Assembly (NCBI GenBank): GCA_964383765.1
Contig: CAYLHT010000004.1
Span: 3,539-67,538, forward strand
DNA from: an uncultured Gammaproteobacteria bacterium
GTDB lineage: Bacteria; Patescibacteriota; Patescibacteriia; SBBC01; CAIJZX01
DNA: 64,000 nucleotides
Direction of reading: 5' to 3'
Within the stretch, counting starts at the first letter, position 1; each line of letters starts with the position of its first letter. Made by a program: the position numbers and the translations under genes. Positions 58,533 to 64,000 of the stretch are shown piece after piece. The notes below the pieces were generated by a model. That model was not told the origin of the DNA. It was given only the letters and a program-made list of their open reading frames with translations, and did not search any database.

Positions 58533-59339
58533 TTAGCGGCCAGCAGCGTTTTCGGCTTGGATATCGGCTGGCGTGCCTGGTTGGTAGGTATCGATGTGTT
58601 TCAACCAATTCATCACGACCTGTTCGACATCATTATCGGTCGCTGCAAATGGCAATTTGATGAGCATGCCGACGTTCGCGTTTGAGATGAGCATCGAGAT
58701 GCTCCAGCTTTTCGTAGCGAATCTATCGGCCTCAGTCCCCTTCAAGTCATCCCACGATTTGGTCACAACATTGTCTACTCCGAGCTTGGAAAAAGAACTG
58801 TACTGCGTATTCCGATTGTACCCGGCGAAATTTTGATTGGCTGGTTCACGAAAAATTTTCGCGATGCTTTCAGTCGAGGCGTAGTCATGGGCCGCCGCCG
58901 ATGTATCCACAAAGGTATGGAAGGAGAAACTCGCGTCGGCCCACGCCGAGTTCGGCGACGAATCAAAGTTACTCATGGTCGGTGAGTTGTAGACTTGGGT
59001 TGAATCCTTGTCCTCGGAGGTGACCGAAAAATTCTTGCTGTAGCCTCCCTGATCAAGGTTCTTGTCAATTGAGTATGGCCCATACACCGCCGGCAAGTCC
59101 GTCGGTTGAAAATCAAGTTGTTCCAGTTTACCTTGGAATTTTCCGGGGTCACCAGCCGGCGGGACGTTAACATTACCAATCACTGCCCCGTTTACCAGAC
59201 TTAATCGGTTGGCATTCGTGGTCCGTTGTTGAGCGTCCCGAATGGCGTTCGGTAAATCAATCAGCTGCCAAATGATAATGGCAGTCACAACGACCGCGAA
59301 CCCGATGCCGATCAGGAGCCCTTTTTGTTTTTGTTCCAT
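58533..59339 (-). CDS. Hypothetical membrane-anchored extracellular protein
   Basis: N-terminal TM helix; soluble polar domain. Confidence 0.7.
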   Translation of the reverse strand: MEQKQKGLLIGIGFAVVVTAIIIWQLIDLPNAIRDAQQRTTNANRLSLVNGAVIGNVNVPPAGDPGKFQGKLEQLDFQPTDLPAVYGPYSIDKNLDQGGYSKNFSVTSEDKDSTQVYNSPTMSNFDSSPNSAWADASFSFHTFVDTSAAAHDYASTESIAKIFREPANQNFAGYNRNTQYSSFSKLGVDNVVTKSWDDLKGTEADRFATKSWSISMLISNANVGMLIKLPFAATDNDVEQVVMNWLKHIDTYQPGTPADIQAENAAGR

Positions 59340-59351
59340 TAGTGACGCCCG

Positions 59352-59945
59352 TTAGCCGAACATCACATCCTCATCCGCCCGTTTGTAATCGTGAATTTCT
59401 TTGGATGTGAACCAGAGTTCAATTTCGTAGGCCGCTTCTGCCACATTTCCAGAGGCATGCACGAGATTATGGACCGCCCGCTTTTGTTGGTTAGCGAGAG
59501 CTGGGGAGTCGATGGAGTGGTCACCCCGGATACTGCCTGGATCGGCAAACGATGGCAACGTATTTCCCGTAATCATGCGAACGTTATCGACGCTGTGAAT
59601 ACCTTCCAAGACCATCGCCACCACCGGGCCCGAAGTCAGAAAATCACGGTTCCATTCGTTAATCATCCGACCAATTTCGGTTGGATCTTTCGTGCCGAGG
59701 ATTTGAATGGCGTCCAAACCATATTTCTCATAGGTCTTCAGCGACTTTTCGCCCATGGCGGTCAACAATTCTGTCCGGCTGTCGGGATAGTGTTTGGCGA
59801 CATGCTGCTTCGTGACCCAAACCATTTTCATAGCCACGATTTTCAGGCCGGCCTTTTCAAAGCGGTGGGTGATTTCGCCGACCAGTCCGCGCTTGACGCC
59901 GTCGGGTTTAACCAAAACTAGTGTGCGTTCAATGAGGTGGTTCAT
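59352..59945 (-). CDS. ndk: Nucleoside-diphosphate kinase (long form)
   Basis: ERTLVLVKPDGVKRGLVGEI, SGPVVAMVLEG, PGSIRGD, NLVHAS. Confidence 0.95.
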   Translation of the reverse strand: MNHLIERTLVLVKPDGVKRGLVGEITHRFEKAGLKIVAMKMVWVTKQHVAKHYPDSRTELLTAMGEKSLKTYEKYGLDAIQILGTKDPTEIGRMINEWNRDFLTSGPVVAMVLEGIHSVDNVRMITGNTLPSFADPGSIRGDHSIDSPALANQQKRAVHNLVHASGNVAEAAYEIELWFTSKEIHDYKRADEDVMFG

Positions 59946-60331
59946 ATTTTTTGTCCTAAGACTTGACGAACTTTCACCACGACTTCCGCGGGGGTGTGGT
60001 TGGCTTTCACAAAGTAATCAACCGCACCAAGTTGTTTCCCCTTCTTGACGTCTTCGTCTTGGCCGAGGTTGGTCAGGAGAATGACTGGGATATTTTTGGT
60101 GCTGGCGTTGTCCTTCAGCATCTTCAGGGCGGCGAAACCATCGAGCTTCGGCATAATCACATCCAACAGAATGATGTCTGGAATAAAGGTCTTGGCTAGA
60201 TCGACGCCGGCTTGGCCGTCGTAGGCTTTCTGCGCGTCAAAACCTTCCATCACGAACTTCGTCGTGTACATGTCTGCCAGCATTTTTTCATCCTCCACCA
60301 GCAGCAGTTTAACTTTCTTGTCGGTAGGCAT
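59942..60331 (-). CDS. Single-domain response regulator (CheY-like)
   Basis: LLVEDE, PDIILLDVIMPKLDG, IPVILLT, GAVDYFVK. Confidence 0.93.
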   Translation of the reverse strand: MPTDKKVKLLLVEDEKMLADMYTTKFVMEGFDAQKAYDGQAGVDLAKTFIPDIILLDVIMPKLDGFAALKMLKDNASTKNIPVILLTNLGQDEDVKKGKQLGAVDYFVKANHTPAEVVVKVRQVLGQKI

Positions 60332-60371
60332 CTGAGTTCAGGCTAGCACATTTTCACCTGTTTCGCAACTT

Positions 60372-61829
60372 TCACTTTATTTCTGGGCGGCGGGTGTGCC
60401 AATCCGTTATTTGTTGGTAGGCGTAGCCGGCGCGGAACATGGTGGCTTCGTCCCACTCATTCGCCATCAGTTGAATCCCAACCGGTAACCCATCAACAAA
60501 TCCACCCGGTAATGACATGGCCGGAATGTTAGCTAAATTTGCGGGGACCGTCAGCAAATCCGCTAAGTACATCGTTAGTGGATCCTGGGTTTTTACGCCC
60601 AGGGCGAAAGGGAGGATCGGCGAAGTCGGTGTGAGCAGGATATCGACGTGCTTAAAGGCTTGCGCAAATTCACTACGCAATAAAGCGCGGACTTGAGTGG
60701 CTTGATGATAGTAGGCGTCAGTGTAGCCGGCCGATAACGCAAAGGTGCCGGTCAGGATGCGGCGTTTCACCTCGGTACCAAAACCTTGGGCGCGGGTGTG
60801 GTGATAAATGTCATTCAAACTCCGGCCGTCACGGACCGAGAGTGGGTAGCGGATACCGTCATAGCGTGCCAGGTTAGAACTGGCTTCGGCGGGTTGGATA
60901 ATGTAGTAGGTGGCCAAAGCCTCAGGTGCGTGTGGAATGGAAACCTGACCAATCTTGGCGCCTAGTCCTTCAAATGCTTTGGCCGCCGTCTGCACAACCT
61001 CAGCCACCTTTGGATCGACGCCAGGACCAAAAAACTCTTTGGGGAGTCCGATCTTCAACCCGGCCACGGATTGGGTGATTGATCCGCTCACATTGCCGAC
61101 CTCGCGGTCACTGGTAGTCAGATCATTCTCGTCCTGGCCGGCGATGGTTTGATAGACACTCGCGGCGTCTTCGACCGTTCGAGCAAACGGACCAATTTGA
61201 TCGAGTGATGAGGACAGAGCGAATAAACCATAGCGCGAGACTCGGCCATAGGTTGGCTTCATGCCGACGACGTTGCAAAAGCTGGCAGGTTGGCGGATTG
61301 ATCCGCCGGTGTCAGAACCGAGTGCGATCGTCGCCAGATCGGCCCCCACGGCCGCCGCCGAACCACCCGACGACCCACCCGCGACTAATTCATGATTCCA
61401 AGGATTCCGCGTCGTTTGAAAGGCTGAGTTCTCGGTGGAGGAGCCCATGGCGAACTCATCCAAATTTGTTTTGCCGACCACAATTGCGCCGGCGGTTTGC
61501 AAGCGTTCAACCGCAGTCGCCGTGAATACCGCTTTGTAGTGTTCAAGAATTTTTGAAGCCGCGGTTGTGATTTCTCCATCCAGACTCAGGTTGTCCTTAA
61601 TTGCGACGATTGCTCCTTCCAATGGCCGAGGTGATTCCCCATTGGCCAGGCGTTGATCAATCTGAGCCGCTTCAGTTTCGGCGGCTGATCGGGTACGCAA
61701 AAATGCACTCAGCTGCCGGTCGTGTTTGGCAATCTTGACGAGTGATCCCCGGACGAGTTCGACGGCGGAAAACGTTTTGTCGACTAGGCCTTTCTGGATT
61801 TGCCCGAGTGTCAGAGAGTCCAGTCCCAT
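60372..61829 (-). CDS. gatA: Asp/Glu-tRNA amidotransferase subunit A
   Basis: KDN, GKTNLDEFAMGSSTENS, GGSSGGS, SDTGGSIRQPA, SSNLARYDGIRY. Confidence 0.97.
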   Translation of the reverse strand: MGLDSLTLGQIQKGLVDKTFSAVELVRGSLVKIAKHDRQLSAFLRTRSAAETEAAQIDQRLANGESPRPLEGAIVAIKDNLSLDGEITTAASKILEHYKAVFTATAVERLQTAGAIVVGKTNLDEFAMGSSTENSAFQTTRNPWNHELVAGGSSGGSAAAVGADLATIALGSDTGGSIRQPASFCNVVGMKPTYGRVSRYGLFALSSSLDQIGPFARTVEDAASVYQTIAGQDENDLTTSDREVGNVSGSITQSVAGLKIGLPKEFFGPGVDPKVAEVVQTAAKAFEGLGAKIGQVSIPHAPEALATYYIIQPAEASSNLARYDGIRYPLSVRDGRSLNDIYHHTRAQGFGTEVKRRILTGTFALSAGYTDAYYHQATQVRALLRSEFAQAFKHVDILLTPTSPILPFALGVKTQDPLTMYLADLLTVPANLANIPAMSLPGGFVDGLPVGIQLMANEWDEATMFRAGYAYQQITDWHTRRPEIK

Positions 61830-61831
61830 GG

Positions 61832-62110
61832 TTATGAAAAGACGCCGGTTACCCGCCACCAGTGCTCCAAGCGATCAGGTGCCTGGGCCAGGATGGCTTC
61901 AACGCTTGGGCTTGGCTGAACGACATCATCGCGATTAGGCTTGCTCGCCGGCCGATCCGTATGTTGGTCGGAAGTTTTGACCTGCGCGAGTTGACCGACG
62001 TATGCGATGATCTTTGGAAGCTGTTCGGTCAAATGACGTGCTTCGTCCGCAGTCACGTCGATCCGTGCCAACTGTGCGAGTGTTTTGACCCGAGATGAAT
62101 CCTGGCTCAT
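61832..62110 (-). CDS. gatC: Asp/Glu-tRNA amidotransferase subunit C
   Basis: VKTLAQLARI...IIAYVGQL...RDD...ILAQAP; upstream of gatA. Confidence 0.9.
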   Translation of the reverse strand: MSQDSSRVKTLAQLARIDVTADEARHLTEQLPKIIAYVGQLAQVKTSDQHTDRPASKPNRDDVVQPSPSVEAILAQAPDRLEHWWRVTGVFS

Positions 62111-62164
62111 AGCTATAGTCTACGCAGCTTTGTCGTGATTGACAAGCATTCGGGGTTCACTCTC

Positions 62165-62350
62165 TGCGGGTCAGGTCATTGATCATTCCCGCACTCTCCT
62201 GATGCCTATGATGAGACAAGGCTTGGGGTTCGGCCGCGCTGCGAGCACAGCTGAGCCTCAGTCATCGTGCGGGATTTTCTATCCGCCTCGGGAATCGCAT
62301 GCGGGCGATGCCAACAGAGAGAATGGGCGGATATCCCGACGCAGGAGGGA
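62165..62350 (+). ncRNA. Candidate structured intergenic RNA between gatC and ligA
   Basis: CTCCTG/CAGGAG closing a junction of two long stems; G-U pairs on the + strand. Confidence 0.35.
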
Positions 62351-62375
62351 TATACATTATTAGTTTCGTTGGGTC

Positions 62376-64000
62376 TCATTTCTTGAGCAGTGCTGCGAAT
62401 GCTTTTTCGTCCAAAATTTTTACCCCGAGCGATTTCGCCTTGTCAGCCTTCGAACCCGGTTCGGCGCCGACCACCACGTAACTCGTTTTTTGGCTGACCG
62501 CTGAGACAGCCTTCCCCCCGGCTTGGCGAATCGCGTCTTCGGCTTCTTCTCGGCTCATCGACTCAAGCGTCCCGGTCACCACGACACTTTTGCCCTGGAG
62601 AGGGCCGCCGGTTGAACCTTGAATTTTCGTCGCAGTCACAAAGTTAGCTAAGCGTCGGACAGCCTGACGGTGTTGCCGATCCTCGACGTAGTCAGCAATG
62701 CTCGCGGCCACGACCGCTCCAATATCTGGCACGGCGGAGAGTTGATCAACCTGAGCTTCTAGAAATTTTTCTAATGTTCCAAAATGTTGAGCCAGGGTTC
62801 GAGCGGTTTCTTCGCCGACGTGACGGATGCCTAATCCAAAAATAAACCGGTCGAGCGGCACGCGGCGACGCGCTTGAATCGCTTCAATCAGCTTGACAGA
62901 TTTTTTTTCGGCGAAGAGCGGCAGGCCGATCAACTGTTCGGTCTTCAGCCTGAAGAAGTCTGAGGGTTCATGCACCAGGTTTTCATCGACCAGCGTGTCA
63001 ATCGTGCTTGGTCCTAATCCATCAATGTCGAAGGCGTGACGAGAAACAAAATGATACAAATGTTCGCGTTGACGGGCCGGGCAATGCCGGTTGGGGCAAT
63101 AGGTAATGGCCTCACCCGATTTTTTTGTGACCGCGTGACGACAGACCGGGCAGACCTTCGGCATTGACCAGGCTTTGGCTGATGTCGGTCGTAAACGCTG
63201 AATCACTTCAACCACTTCCGGAATTATGTCGCCGGCTTTCTGGATAATGACCGTGTCGCCGATACGCACATCCAAGCGCGCAATTTCCTCGGCGTTGTGG
63301 AGCGTCGCGCGGCTGACCGTTGTGCCGGCGACTTGCACCGGTTTGAGATGAGCCACCGGTGTCAATGCGCCGGTCCGGCCGACTTGGACCACGATATCTT
63401 CGACCACGGTCGTGGCTTGTTCCGCCGAAAATTTCCAGGCCACGGCTGCCCGCGGCGATTTTCCAATCAAACCCAAGTCCTGATAGAGTTGGCGTGAATT
63501 CAGTTTGACCACGACGCCGTCAATCCAAAATGGTAACTGCTCACGTCGGGCATGAATCTGGGTATGGAACTTGGCCACCGCTGCCAGCGACGCACAGACC
63601 GCGGCCCGGGGATTCACCGGAAGACCAAGTTTTTTGAGGAGCTCATAGCTGCCGGATAATGACGCTTGTCCTAGATCCGTCACCAATTCCCAAGCGAAAA
63701 AGTGCAGGGTCCGGCCGGCCGTCACTTTCGGATCGAGTTGTCGGATACTGCCGGCCGAGACATTGCGGGGGTTGGCGTAGGTGGGTTGGCCGGCTTTGAT
63801 CTGACGTCGATTCAGGGCCTCAAAATCTTTTTTAAACATCACGACCTCGCCCCGAATTTCAACCGTCCCAGAAGTCACTATCTTCTTCGCGTCAGTGGAG
63901 AGATCCTGAGTGCGCAGGCGCAGTGGAATCGCTTCAATCGTCTTGATGTTTTGGGTCACGTCTTCCCCGACTTGACCGTCGCCCCGCGTCGCGGCTTGAA
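62376..64000 (-). CDS. ligA: NAD-dependent DNA ligase (5' part outside the window)
   Basis: TRGDG..GEDVT, EIRGEV, ANPRN, IDGVVVK, QVGRTG, ATLHN, AGDIIPEV, C4 zinc finger, HhH, BRCT. Confidence 0.98.
   Translation of the reverse strand, partial: QAATRGDGQVGEDVTQNIKTIEAIPLRLRTQDLSTDAKKIVTSGTVEIRGEVVMFKKDFEALNRRQIKAGQPTYANPRNVSAGSIRQLDPKVTAGRTLHFFAWELVTDLGQASLSGSYELLKKLGLPVNPRAAVCASLAAVAKFHTQIHARREQLPFWIDGVVVKLNSRQLYQDLGLIGKSPRAAVAWKFSAEQATTVVEDIVVQVGRTGALTPVAHLKPVQVAGTTVSRATLHNAEEIARLDVRIGDTVIIQKAGDIIPEVVEVIQRLRPTSAKAWSMPKVCPVCRHAVTKKSGEAITYCPNRHCPARQREHLYHFVSRHAFDIDGLGPSTIDTLVDENLVHEPSDFFRLKTEQLIGLPLFAEKKSVKLIEAIQARRRVPLDRFIFGLGIRHVGEETARTLAQHFGTLEKFLEAQVDQLSAVPDIGAVVAASIADYVEDRQHRQAVRRLANFVTATKIQGSTGGPLQGKSVVVTGTLESMSREEAEDAIRQAGGKAVSAVSQKTSYVVVGAEPGSKADKAKSLGVKILDEKAFAALLKK

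Noticed and set aside
62168-62177. GGGTCAGGTC resembles SRP RNA helix 8
   Set aside because: The required GGAA loop and AGCAG complementary side are absent.

Overview
This is a bacterial chromosomal window using genetic code 11 (TGA is stop), and most genes lie on the - strand. Several features point to a Patescibacteria/CPR (Parcubacteria-like) genome: no rpmD between rpsE and rplO, a GAD-less AspRS plus GatCA, extended ribosomal proteins, and few Shine-Dalgarno sites. The core content is scpA/scpB, aspS, an NRAMP transporter plus mgtA, tRNA-Lys, dnaB-ybaB-recR, the S10/spc cluster (rpsJ to secY-adk-map), an interrupted str operon (rpsL, rpsG, fusA, tuf), rpmB, tgt, a DEAD-box helicase, tRNA-Pro, ndk, gatCA and a partial ligA. 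Seven observations stand out. (1) A ~325-nt GNRA-rich structured RNA candidate upstream of tuf (34285-34609, -) has its own promoter. (2) A second ~220-nt 6S-like RNA candidate (57239-57457, -) has the same TTGCGG-17-TATCCT promoter. (3) A GC-rich + strand island (48369-52073) encodes a tandem-HTH protein, a MORC-like GHKL ATPase, a small OB-like protein and a ParB-like protein. (4) A 171-bp MITE with TIRs and a TSD splits the scpA/scpB overlap. (5) A leader-peptide attenuator precedes a GNAT gene. (6) A tRNA-Lys-linked structured repeat sits next to a HEPN-like gene. (7) EF-G has a cluster of substitutions in its P-loop. The ORF track gives 17204..18556 as +, but the sequence shows it is on the - strand. 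All calls were made by eye; no searches or folding programs were run.
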